From assembly GCF_009914755.1 (NCBI RefSeq), contig NC_060930.1: DNA of 64,000 nt; one strand, given 5' to 3'. Each line of letters opens with the position of its first letter. Position 1 is the first letter of the stretch. This stretch comes from the human T2T-CHM13v2.0 reference genome, Homo sapiens. This document shows, piece by piece, positions 38,340-51,480 of this stretch. A program made the translations under genes and the position numbers. The notes below the pieces were generated by a model. It saw only the letters and a list, made by a program, of their open reading frames with translations, was not told the DNA's origin and searched no databases.

Positions 38340-39124
38340 TGCCAACTCTGACCCAACCCAGGAGGAGGGTAAGTAACAAATTTTTAGCACTAATTCTTTT
38401 TTTTTTTTCCTCAGAAACTCTACTCGGTGCATTGGTTACATAATCTTAGTCTAAAAACCCTAAAGAATAGGTGTCTGATCTCCACTTAACAAGGAAACAC
38501 TGAGCCTCCAAGAGTTTAAATGATAATTGCATCAGTTAACTGGCACACCTGCATGAGGCAGAACTGGCACTCAAAACCTGTGCTTTTCCCACTGTACCAG
38601 AGTTCATCTGATTTTACATGAGCAGAGTTCATAATGAAATTAGTTAGTATCATTTCCCCTGATCTAACTGATAGATACTGCTCATTCACTTAGCTTAACC
38701 TGATGATACAAAAATATATTGAGGATTATGTGAACCTAAATGCACACCTTAGGTTACATTATAAGTAATATTTGCTAGAAATATAAATTACAACTAAAGT
38801 AATTATTAAAATCTGATATGTTACAATATAATTATATAGATAAATACAAATACAAGTTTTCTTTGGAGCTACTTAGGTTGTACCATTCTATATCCCAGCT
38901 GTCCTAGGTCTTGGTTTGATTCATACACGCCTCCATGGTTGCAAAACATCAATAGTTCCCTCACCTAAAGAGACAGAAGTATCTTAAAATCATTTTTCTT
39001 GTGTATTATAGGAGGCTTACAAATGCCTATTGAACATTCTTTGGTGCCCAGCCATGACTGCAGCTGCCAAGAAGACCTTGATTGAACTGCATATGGACAC
39101 ACTCTGCAATATATGTACATATAT

Positions 39125-39666
39125 ACATGTGCTGACGCGGCTAGGTCAGTGCACCTATACCTGCACCTATACATTGACACAATACCTGGTCAAGCATTAT
39201 TCCAGATGTTTCTGTGAAGGTATTTTTCAGATGAAATTAATATTTAAATCAGTAGACATTCAGTAAAACTGATTATTCTGCATAATGCTGATAGGTCTCA
39301 TCCAAACAGTTGAAGGCCTTAATAGATAAAAGACTGACTTTCTAGAGAAAGAGGGAATTCTGGGTAAGGACTACCTTCAGACTCCAGCTGCAATGCCAGC
39401 TCTTCCCTGGGTCTTCAGCCTGATGGCCTACCCTGCAAATTTTGGACTTGCCAGCCTACACAATCATATAGAGCAAATTCCTTAAAATGAATTGAAAGAA
39501 ATAGAGAGAGAGAGAGAGATATTTATTTTAATGAATTGACTCACACGATTATGGAAATATATATATATGTGTACATATGTGTGTGTGTGTGGGTGTGTGT
39601 GGGTGTGTGTGTGTGTCATATTGATTATATTCTGTCTGTCTCTCTGGATAACCCTGAGTAACAACA
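39125..39666 (+). mobile_element. MLT2D-like ERVL solo LTR with internal microsatellites
   Basis: ccagatgtttctgtgaaggtatttt ... ctcatccaaacagttgaaggccttaatag ... cctaccctgcaaattttggacttgccagcc ... tctctggataaccctga. Confidence 0.85.
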
Positions 39667-40050
39667 CCCAATGTTTCACTTTTCTATCTCTCTCTGTCTC
39701 TATCTACTTCTCTTTATTTTACCTTTAATTTTTTTCATTTGGGCACTTCATACATTGCAGTACATAGTCTATTTTCTCACAAGGTAGGAAGGTATTTACA
39801 TCTCCGATGGGAAAGAATTAACCTAACACCGGAAAAATCACTTTATACATTTTCAGGAGACCAAGGATAAACACACGCTAACACATATACACTTACACAC
39901 ACATACTCATTTACCCTTTTTTGCATTGTGTTCTAGCTCATGTCCTGGAAGCAGAACCAGTAGGTTTTTCCCCATAAAGAACATGCCACGACAAGGATCA
40001 GCCTATCCCCTGCCTATCAACAGAAATGTTGCCCAAAGGTTCTCACCCAC

Positions 40051-40341
40051 TGCTGGGCGTGGTGACTCACGCCTGTAATCCTAGTACTTTGGGAGGCCGA
40101 GGCGGATGGATCACTTGAGGTCAGGAGTTTGAGACCAGCCTGGCCGACATAGTGAAACCCTGTCTCTACCCAAAAAAATTAATTAATTAATTAATTAATT
40201 AAAAAAAAATATATATATATATATATATTCAAGAATCGCTTGAACCCGGGAAGCGGAGGTTGCAGTAAGCTGAGATTGCGCCGCCACTGCACTCCAGCCT
40301 GGGTGACAGAGCGGGACTCCGTCCCCCTACCCAAAAAAAAA
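40051..40341 (+). mobile_element. Alu SINE, AluS (Sz/Sx-like), with rearranged middle
   Basis: Intact left monomer; linker replaced by (TTAA)n/A9/(TA)n; right monomer resumes at agaatcgcttgaacccggg; partial TSD ttctcaccc 40040-40048 and 40342-40350. Confidence 0.93.
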
Positions 40342-40837
40342 TTCTCACCCCCTTACTACATTACCTGAAGACTTCTGATTTACACACTAACTTATTTTCA
40401 ATACCAGGAAAAACAGGAATAAAATGGCCTTTGGTCTCCCTCTGACATACAGGAGCTAAAATATGTGGTCAGAGTACATGTCCCTCTTGCTTCTCTACCA
40501 AAAACTAGCAGCTTCATTCAGCTGTCACATGCACTCTTCAAGACCTGTCCCTGAACAGCACTGTGTGCCTCAAACAGTTTCTTGCTCACATTTCCCAGCA
40601 CTCCAGACCTCTTCTGCCCCTGAAGGAGCTCACAAGACCTCACCTCTTTCACAAAAGCCATCTGAGCTAAAGCATGCCTAACCAAAAAAAAAAACAATTT
40701 TAAAAATACGTATTGCCAGTTTCTGAAAGCCAGGTATCAAGTACTTAGAGTACTTGATAGTGTTAGAGTACTAACACTGCCTTCATGCTTACCAAGCTTG
40801 AAGTCTCAGAGCTGTGTCAAACACTCCAGTTAAAGGG

Positions 40838-40868
40838 ATATATGTGTATATGTGTGTGTGTATATATA

Positions 40869-40928
<60 letters not shown>

Positions 40929-40990
40929 TAGAGATCACACACACATTTACATACTCATATATATACATTCACACATATATATTTATATAT
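40838..40990. repeat. Compound (TG)n/(TA)n/(CA)n microsatellite
   Basis: Directly visible. Confidence 0.95.
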
Positions 40991-41647
40991 TAACTCCTGG
41001 CATATTTATCCTCTACTATGACCAACACTGGGATGTTATTTCTCTGTATTGCCTTGTACACTAACATCCTGTAAAATGAAAGCATGATCTGCTTTTCAGA
41101 GGTGCCAAAAGGAATAAGCATGTAAAACAGGGACTTCTTATGCTTATTCCAAGTATTTTCACAAGGCAATTAAGTAAAGGATTTTTTAGTCCATGCTTTA
41201 ACCTCTAGAAGAGCTTTATTCCACTGTTTAGTTCACAAAATAATATTGAACAGCTATACACCAGAAACTGGGCTGAGCACTCAGGAAACAGAGAAAATTG
41301 GTGTGTTCTCTACCCGTAAGTTCCTCCCAATCCATTTTATTTCTCCAACTGAAGTTCTACAGCAGGATGATCTTTCACAGATTCCCAGCTTTGAGAACTG
41401 CAGTGTATTACACAGTCATTGATAGCTACAGAAAAACTTATACAGGTGCTATGAACATCATGAAGCATCCTCCTCTTTCACTCTTTTTAAAAACTATATA
41501 TATATATATCACCTCTTCTGAACCATCTTTGAGATTTTTTGGTTTCATGAGCTGTACAAGTGTGAGGGTAGGTATAAATCTTTTTTTAAATCTAAACTGA
41601 GTCATAAAAAGGTGTTAGAAAAATTTCATGATTAAAAAGGCCTCCTG

Positions 41648-41992
41648 TGAAATCATGTCCTTTGCAGCAACATGGATGTATCTGGAGGCCATTATTGCAG
41701 GAACAGAAGGCCAAATACCATATGCTCTCACTTACAAGTGGGAGCTAAATAGTGAATACACGTGGACAAAAAGAAGGGAACAGTAGACTCTGGAGACTAG
41801 TTGAGGTGGGAGGGGGACATCTGTTGAAAAACTACCTATCAAATACTATGCTCCCGTCCCCGGGTGATGGGATCATTTGTACATCAAACCTCAGTGATGG
41901 GCGATTTACCCATGTTACAAACCTGCACATGTACCCCCTGAAACGAAAATAAAAGTTGAAATTTTTAAAAAAATAAATAAAAATAAATAAAA
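41648..41992 (+). mobile_element. L1PA15-17-like 3' end with A-rich tail
   Basis: gaaatcatgtcctttgcagcaacatggatg ... gttgaaaaactacctatc ... caaacctgcacatgtaccccctgaa. Confidence 0.88.
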
Positions 41993-44094
41993 TTGCCTTC
42001 TGCCTAATTGAGCCATCCACTCATGAATTACACAATAACCTACCATATTAAAGCCATTTTGTGGTTGGAGGAGGGGACAGGAAATGAAAAAAATAATAAT
42101 AATAAAACCTGAACCTGAAAGCAACTTGCTTTCTAGCAGAGGAGCTTACATGGTACCTTTATGAACTTTGTATCTTCTTCCATTTGTTGGCTTTCTGCTT
42201 TGTTATATTCTGATAGTGATTAACATGTAGTCAAGACTGGAGGTGATGCAAAACTCAGTTAAGAAAGGTCTGCTGAGATGCTGCCCATAGTGAGTTGCCT
42301 GTGGTCGAGGTGTGGGTGGGGTAGGATTGGAACATTTTGATTGTTCAGCTGCTCTCCACCCAGTGAATTTATGACATAAGCATTTCTAAATTTGACATCT
42401 TTCAAGATCATTGTTTCCATAAAAAAAATAGCTTTTACATTAAATCATCACGGGCACGGGACATGAACAAGAATGTGGAATTCTGTCATAATCTCACATA
42501 AAATTTTGCCCCATAAATTCCTGCCAGTTTAAAGGCAGGAATTTGCTTTATTGAGATGATATTGCCATGAACTTTCCTTCTGATTCACAGAATTGGATAT
42601 GCACAGGATAGAAAGGGCCTAATGCATCTTTATGCACTATGTTCATTGTTCAGCTGTGAGCTGAACAGCACTGGCTCTGGGCTCACGTTTGCCAGGCAGC
42701 ATTGCCCCTTGGCCAGTCATTTCTTCTTTCAAATCTCCAAAGAAGAGATTCACAACTTCCCTGGGTATTTGTGACACCATCTGGCAACTCTTGTAGTTGA
42801 TGCTAGCTCTAGGCAAAATATTAGAATGTTTCTCTTTACCCCCTATCACTCCTCTTTCCTAGAAGTTTCTCAATTCTTCACACCTTTCCTTTCAAAACTA
42901 AACTCCCCTCCCCAAAAGCTGTATCTCGAAAATAGTTTAAGACGTTATATACCAGAAATATTTCCATTTGCATAAGGCAGGCTGGAATATCTGAAAGCCT
43001 GCACAGGACACAGAAATAAGTCTCTGATAGTGGAATATGAAATACTGGAAAATATATTTTGAAGAGGGGCATGGCATTTCCTCCATGCCCCTCAAGTGGA
43101 TGACTATGTACTATACCTATGCCATCTGTACAAGATTTTTCTAGGACAGTCATAATCCAAAATATTCCATCCATCTGTCAGATTACGTGTTAGACCATGT
43201 GACTCAATTTCTAGTTAAGAAAATATGCCCCCCTACAGTTACGTCAGTTCAGTTTACAGTCACTTCTAACCCAAATGTCATTGGTTTGGGTTTGGGGTGA
43301 TTGTTTGTTTGTTGCCTATTCTTAGTGAACATGAAGAAAGCTGTTCACCACCATCTCACAGGCATCTCATCCTTCTCATCTCAGACATAAAGGCTAGTGT
43401 TAACTTCCTTTTTATGGCTTTCTTCCTTGGCTAAATGACAGTTCACCTGGGCTTCCACATTGGGCCAGCAGTCTCTGGCATTGAGAAGCACTTCATAAAT
43501 GTCTCTTACACAAATAAATTTCAGTGTTTTCTCCCTTGCCCTCCCTTCCTTTGCCCCCCGCCTGGGAAGTAGAAGCTCTAACTGAGCTCCAGAACTTAAT
43601 AGTATCTGTAAGGCTAAGTAATCAGGAAGCTTCCAGTGAGAGAAGAAAGGTGAGGAGCCCTCCCTTCCACATGGCCCCAGTATCTGAATCCACTGGCTGA
43701 GATGAGGCCTCTGAATGAGTGAAGGCTTTGAGTGTTGGACAACAGTTATGCCCATTGCTACCAAAGGCCACTCAGAATAATGAAAGCTGATCCCAATTTG
43801 AGTCATGATTAGGTTAGCATAAACTGTGGGCTTGTAACTTCACTTAATTATCTACAGATATTTATTATTATGTCCGTGCATTGAACTCACTTCCCTGGAA
43901 ACAGATGTTTTGGAGGTGTGCAGAGATTATGAACTCGGCCACTTCTAAGTATTAGTGTGTTCTGTGCCCATATCCAGATGCTGCATGGCTGTGAATGGTC
44001 ATGTCAACACTGCCTGTCTTGATAATTTCTGGTATTTTTTAGAGGTTTTAGCTAAGTGAACATTTAGTGCTGTCAAAAAAAAATCAACATGAAT

Positions 44095-44300
44095 CCATTC
44101 ATTTATGAATTAAAACATGTCAATAGTGAATACCTACTATGTGCCAAATACTACTTTTCCTGCTGAGGATAAAGTGGTGAACAAGGTAGATGGGGCCACT
44201 GCTCTCAAGTAATTCACAACCTAACACAAAAAGCACACTTTAAACATATAAGCAAAGAAATCAATCAAATTATGTCAGGCAGTGAAAAGAAAAATAAAGA
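44095..44300 (-). mobile_element. L2 LINE 3' end
   Basis: cattcattt ... gaatacctactatgtgcca ... gctgaggataaagtggtgaacaag ... ctgctctcaag. Confidence 0.7.
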
Positions 44301-46044
44301 AACAAGGGAGGACCAGGGAACTCTATCCTGGGCTGACTCTAAATTCTCTTTTATTCCCCTTCCCCCCTTGAAGCTGGGGGACAAAATAAGGCCAGGCTGA
44401 AGCCAGAAGACTTTTCTTGAGTTTAGAGCAACTAAGGGCCACAGTGGCCCCTGGAGCCTGCTCTGCTGAGGGCCTCAGGGCAAAAAGCCCCTTTACCTTC
44501 TACCTGAGTCTTCTCTCCCACTATGGCAGCCAAACCCAGGAAGGGGACAATGAGACAATGAAGTCCTCACAGTTCACTTGCAACACAGCCAATCACCCTG
44601 GATAGGAGCAGAGAGCAATGGTTCCTTATCACCTGTTAGTCCCTGTTCTCTCCAAGAAAGTAATGACAGCCATGGGCTATCTCCTCAAGAGTGGGGGTAA
44701 TGATTAGGAACTCCTGCTGTCACACCATCTGGAGTGATGGTGTGTGTTTAGCATCCCACAGGCTTGTCCTCAAGGAGTCCTCCTGAGCCCACCCCAACAA
44801 TAGAGGACACTGACCACTTAGTGAGAGAGCCTAACCTGGCTACCTCAATCACAGTGAGCACCATTCAAAAATTAAAACAAAAGCCTCACCAAACATCACA
44901 AGATGTTTAAACAAACAAACAAGCCTCACCAAAATCACAAAGGAAAACATCGACTTTTGTAATCAATCTCACATCACCCTCATTATCAAGAGACACTTCC
45001 TGAATGTCCACCAGGGTTGGCTCTGTGCAGGGTCTCAGGGTAACAAGGACACTTTTGCTGACCTCTAGGAGCTTAGAAAAGAAATTAGGGAGACAGATAT
45101 ATATTTGAAAATTATTAACATGGAAGCTCTAAAGTAAAGCAGTACAACTATGAAAGTATTGGAAAGAAAATAGAGATACATATTTTTGAATCTCAAATTC
45201 ATGAAGGTCTTTCTAAGCTTGCCATCAAAGACAGAAACCACTACTAATAATATTTATAATGATGATTTATATATTAATAATAGCAATAATAACAATTGTA
45301 GACTATCAGTTCCCCACTCTGAGAAGACACAGGCCTTCACGTGATAGCAAAGGGAAGCCTAGGTCATCCGAATCCTGAGCCAACCCCTTACGCATCTGGA
45401 TAATTCCTCTGCCTTGTCCAGCCCCAAGTTTCTGATGTAACAATGTCAGCTGGGCAGAAAATTGGCAAGAGGAATCATGAGTATTCAGCACCCCAGAAAC
45501 TCTCAACCTACCTGCTTGATTTACACATTTATTCCAAACCAAACGCACCCCCTGTTCTTGCTTTTGACTCCACTCCACTTCAACCTTGGCATATTCCCCT
45601 TGTGGTAAGCTCTACCAGCCTGGGCAGCCCCCCAAGTGCTACCTGCTGCCTTGCCCCAAGTTGGCTGTTACAGCCTCCTCTATAGTTGATCTTTTCATCA
45701 TAACAAAGGCATATTCTGTTGTCCCAGATTTTCTTTTATGAAGCCTGGACAGTTCGCCCTTAGAGATTCTCCTAGCTGGTTTTCTTTCAAGTATGTACAC
45801 ACCACATTTTGCTTCTGTGATTAAAATGTTCAAAGTATCACAGGTTTAATTTCTATTACTGCCTATAGATGTTATTAAGTTGACCTCAATGTTTTCCACT
45901 CTCCTTGTACTTTTTGGTCCTGGTATTTTGTGCAGCTTTTGTTTCCCCAGATGGTTAATTCTACTTATTTCTAAAATTCTCTTTGAAGTTGAACTTATAA
46001 ATATATTTTAATTGCCATTTTCTTTGTCATATTTACCCCCTAAC

Positions 46045-46295
46045 AACAACAATAGTTAATACTTATTGACTTATATATATATGGTACCTGGCACTATTTT
46101 CAAGATTTCATGTGTATTGTTATTAAATGTCCATAATGAGATAGGTGCAACTGTAATTTCTATATTACAGGAAAGGGAATTAAACAAAAAGAAGTTAAAT
46201 AACTTGCCCATCACCACACAGGAAATAAGTGATAGAGACAGATTCAAACACAGGCAGCATGATTTGAAAACTTGAGCTCTTAAACACTACACTGT
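46045..46295 (-). mobile_element. MIR SINE
   Basis: acttattgactta ... gaagttaaataacttgccca ... gattcaaacacaggcag ... gctcttaaacactacactgt. Confidence 0.8.
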
Positions 46296-47251
46296 ATATA
46301 AAGAAAAATATTGATAACTAAAATTATGTAAATATCTAAAACTCTCCTAATGGCCATATATAGTAACAACAACTCCAACTTGTTAAAAAACAAGCAACAA
46401 ACTGAAAAAATCATATAATATATATTTAAAAAATGTGTTAACACATAAAGAGCCCTTATAAATCAATGAAAAAGAAAATGGCAATATCCCTACAGGAGGT
46501 GTGCAAAAATGGCAATTGGCAACCCCCAAAAGAGTTAAAAGAAAATTTACAAATACACACATGAAAAGGTTTTCCTAATTCTACCCTCTTCCCAGGTCAT
46601 CTTCTCCTCACCCACACACCATTAACCAGCTATATACAGATTACTTTCAGAGGTCTATCTTCAACCTCAGGTTCTCTCTATGCTCCCCACACCCAGCTAT
46701 CCAATTACCTACTCAACATTCCCACCCATACATCCCAAAGAAATCCATAACCTGGATCTCTTTCAAGGGTTGCTTATTCTCTGGGAGGGGACTATCATCC
46801 ATCTTGCTGCATGCACTGAAAACTGTAGACTTACTTTTGACATTGCCTCCCTCTCACCTTTCATACCCTGCCTATCAGCAAATACTGACTTCTTTGCCTC
46901 CCTCTTCCTTCTCAAGTCTGTCCTCTTACTTCTCTCCACAGCCACCACTCTTGTCGAAACAACCATCTTTCACCCAAAGCTTGTAACCCCTTCCATTGGC
47001 TCTGACATCCACTCAGACCCCATCAGTGCATTTCTCACAGTGAGGCCACAGTGACCATTTTAGAAGCACCAATCCAACCGTCATCCTCTCCCCTACCACA
47101 GACAACAATCACCTTGGTAGATTCCCATTGCTCTCAGGATCACACTCACAGGTCTGATCTTTGCAGTCTCGCCTCACACACCTGGCCCTGGCTCTCTGCA
47201 CTCTGATCACACTGGTCCTCAGTCCCCAAACTGCCCATCTCTGCCCTCTAG

Positions 47252-47677
<426 letters not shown>

Positions 47678-47731
47678 TGACCCAGATATAATTTTCTATT
47701 TCACTAATTATTTAATTAATGTCTAGGTGTC

Positions 47732-48181
47732 TGTTATGGGTTGATTGTGCTCACCAAAAAGGTATGTTGCATTATTCCTGATCCCCAGTGCAGCAGAATT
47801 TGATCTTACTTGGAAACAAGGCCATTGCAGATATCATTGGTTAAAATGGGGTCATACTGGAGTAGAGTGGGGCCCTAATACAATATGACTAATGTCCTCT
47901 TAAGACATTAAGAAGACATTCATGTGAGACAGACAGAGAACACAATGTAAAACCAGACGATTTGAGTACACATCTACAAGCCAAGACATGAAAAGATTGC
48001 TGGCAAAGCAATGGACACGAGAAACAGGCAAGGAAAGATTCCCCCGCAGGTTTTGGAGGAGTATGGCCCTGCCAAAACCTTGATTTCAGACTTCTGGCCT
48101 CTAGAACTGAGACAATAAATTTCTGTTGTTTTAAGCCACCTGGTTGTGTTACTTCGTTATGGCAGCCCTAGGAGACTAATA
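47732..48181 (+). mobile_element. MLT1C-like MaLR solo LTR
   Basis: tgttatgggttga ... gtcatactggagtagagtgg..ccctaat ... ccttgatttcagacttctggcctctagaactg ... ggcagccctaggagactaata. Confidence 0.88.
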
Positions 48182-48329
48182 GTCTCCCCGCAAACTCTAA
48201 ACTCCATGAAGAAGAAAACTGTTTTTTTCTCACTACTGCTTCCCCAGGTCATAGCACATGCCTGGCACACACTAGGCATTTAAAAGACATTTGAAAATGA
48301 GTGAAACAAGTAAACTAATAAATAAATAC

Positions 48330-49345
48330 ATGACAAAAACTTCAATGCCACTTGCAATCAACAAAAGTGAAATAAAACAACAATTCATTTGTAAAGATCA
48401 AAATGTTGTCAATACCTTAGTTTTCATCAGAATGGGGAAAAGGACACTCACAGAGTTGTGGTGAGAATTGGATAAATGGACATTCATATACTGCTGCTGG
48501 AAGAATAAACTGGTACGACCTCTCTGGAAACTATAATATGTATTACAGGCCTTTAAAAGGCTTACATTACACACTTTGACCCAGGAGTTACACTTCTAGG
48601 AGTTTATCAAACGGAAAAATGTACAAGTATATAAGATGTATGTATAAGAATGTCCCCTGGAGCTGTGTTTATGTAAGAGAAAAATCTTTAAAAATTAAAA
48701 ATAACCCAAATACCCAATAATGATGCATAGCTTGAGTCAATTATGGTCATCTATATTATGGAATACTATAAGGCCACATCGAAAAATAATTATCATCTAT
48801 ATTTGTTGATATAGAAAACATAAAGGGGTTTACTAAACAGTTTGCATAGTATAGCCAAATTTTTGACAAACAAATATGTGTGTATCAACATAAAGTTAAA
48901 TCTAGAAGTATAAATGCAAAAACATTAACAGTGGCTTTCTCTAGGTAATGAAATTATAAATGACTTTGAATTCGTCCTTTATTACCTATGTGTGTATGTA
49001 TGTGGGTGTATATATATATAGGTATATATATGTGTGTGTACATATGTATGTATATAGGAAGGATGAATTTCTGTAATACCCCTCACCTTTCCCTATCAGC
49101 AAATATGACTTTTTTGCCTCCCTCTCCCCTTTCAAGTCTCTCTCTTGCCTCCTTTCCTCTCTGTATTATAAAAAGAATACAGGCTTACTGAAAAATCTTA
49201 GACCATATACACAAAAATAATGTATAATTGAAATTGTTATAGAAATTGTCATATAATTTCTATAATTCATCCTTCATTATTTTTGTGTATATGGTCTAAG
49301 ATTTTTCAGTAAGCATGTAGTCTTTTTATAATGAAGAAAAAAAAA
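48330..49345 (+). mobile_element. L1ME-type LINE-1 3' fragment (rearranged at its 3' end)
   Basis: cattcatatactgctgctggaag ... ctttgacccaggagttacacttctaggagtttatc ... ttaacagtggctttctctagg ... gcatgtagtctttttataatgaagaaaa. Confidence 0.7.
49165..49332. repeat. 58-bp inverted repeat (56/58 complementary), 52-nt spacer
   Basis: Arms 49165-49222 and 49275-49332 compared base by base. Confidence 0.95.
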
Positions 49346-51480
49346 TAATTTCCAGACAGGTAAGTAATAGCACAAAGTATTACATATGAAGTGTCAAATG
49401 AGCGATATAGTTCATGATTTGCAAGCATTGTCTTCCGTGCTCTCTGGATTTCAGTGTTAAATATGCTAAAATGTTTACCCATTTTCCCAATGCAGGACTA
49501 TTATCCCCAGTCAATCGAAAAGGGCTCAGAAGCAAAGATCTGGGCTGAGTGCCTTCCTGGGGGATTTATAGCAACTTCCCAGGCTAGCTGTGGGGAGAAC
49601 CAAAAAAGAGATGGGCCAACCCATCCAGAGAAAGCAGCTCATGCAGCACGTGGCTCCCAAGAGAGAGAGAACTGGGATGCATGCTTTTCCAACCCAGGGA
49701 GCCAAGGCTCGGAATGGGAATCAGGCCAGAGAGAGACCCAGAAATGTCCATTTGTCAAAAGTTTTATTGCTAATATTACTGCCAGTTTGTCATTATGTAC
49801 TTTTCAGGCCCCCAGTTGGTCTTCTTGTTCATACGAAAAGGTCAGAGATGATTCTTAATGCTTCACTAATGCGGAATTCAACAAATGGACAGTGGTGAAC
49901 TGTCAAAAGCCTATAAACCCCAGAGACTTCTTATTTACATGTATATCTTTGTTATCCTGGGCACGTTCTCCCAGTCCTCAAAGGAACTATAGTGTCACCG
50001 CAGCTGGCAACAGCCAAAGCTCCTGGTTGCGGAGCCCAGGCCTTGCCAAGATTTAGCCTGGGACAGCAGGAGAATCTGGCACTCCTAGTAACATGCCTGC
50101 TGCTTTTCTGGTTCCCCCATTTCCTCTAGTATGGCTTTATGCAATACAGAGAAATTATTTTCTCCTAATATTTGCTGAAATTGGAAATGACACAACTGTG
50201 AAGTAAATGCTGTCAGAGGGGCATTTCAGCTATGCTTAAATTAGCACAAAGCCAGAGAAACAGCTTCATTTGTGGACCTTCTCAAGTGAGGAGTACAACA
50301 AATATTGCCTCACATACAGAATAACTGGGGATGAGTTACCTGAAACTTGGACTTTTTCTTCTGAAGGAAAGGGATGGTCTGCTCTTGATTATTGCTTGTC
50401 ATCTCTTATCTACCAGCATGCTCAGATCCAGAAGCAGTGTCCAGTATAACAGTGCTCAATAAATATTTGCAGCATTGAATTGAAACTCACTTCTGGAATT
50501 CCTTTCTTGCTTTGATGTGAAGTGTACCTTGTATTTCATACAAAATTAAAAGAACAAAAAAAATTGACTTGATGATCCAGAAGCATCATTTTCCCTTTAA
50601 CAGACAAAGTCCAAGCACCAGGGCCAATTTCTGTCTTGCTCCTGATTCATGGTGAGCAAAACTGCCATGACATGATCCTGCTCTTGTCTTCCTCACACTT
50701 ACTCTCTGCTTCACCCTCAAGAGCAGCCAAGTTGCACGTGGCCACTAACAACATAAGGGCTTTTTTGATCTCTTGGTCCTTTCTATGAATTGAATTATCC
50801 TCAACTCTGTCTCCAATTTTCAATTTCATCAAAACTCATCGAGCCATAGTGGGCTGTTCTGTGCGTGTGAACATCAGGCTTGGCAAAGCTGACGTGGGCT
50901 GGTATATGACTGTCAAATATACCTGAAATGCTCTGATGACTTTTCTTATTTTTAATATCAGATTTACAGAGTAAGCTATTTAAGATTCATCTCCCCATTT
51001 ATGCCATAAACAGTTTCATTCCTGACACCTTTCCAGAGGATGGTTCTATGCAGTGCCCTTTTAGCAGAAGGCCCTACAGCCTAACCAATTTTGGTCACAA
51101 AATCAACTGTGCTGATTCAATTAAAAGGACACCTGTGAGCTTTTTGGTTTTTTTTTTTTCTCCTTTATTTCTTACAAAATGCTCCAATAAGTAGGTTAAA
51201 TTATCTGTGTCTGAAAAAGAAGGTAAAACTCTCTTGTTGGCTTCTTCCTCTATTAAACTGCTTTAATAGAAACCAACTTTCATTCTGTACAGTGTCCTTC
51301 ATCCAATTAACAACCTCACTCCATTGAAATTCTTCTCATAATTAACCAATAGCTATTACTTCCCCAAAAAGTCACCCCAATTTACTTACTCGTCCTGTGT
51401 ACTTCTACACTTTTCTTAGACCTCATCTAAATCAGTATCAGAGAGCATAAAAGGTTGTTTTCTGAAGCACTGGGTTATTT

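Noticed and set aside
43224-43250. CTCF-like gcccccctacag next to a CRE-like TTACGTCA
   Set aside because: Poor match to the CTCF core; isolated motifs are not enough evidence
43381-43806. 141-aa minus-strand ORF (also the 134-aa ORFs at 49454 and 53013)
   Set aside because: No recognisable domain or exon structure; lengths are compatible with chance in 64 kb
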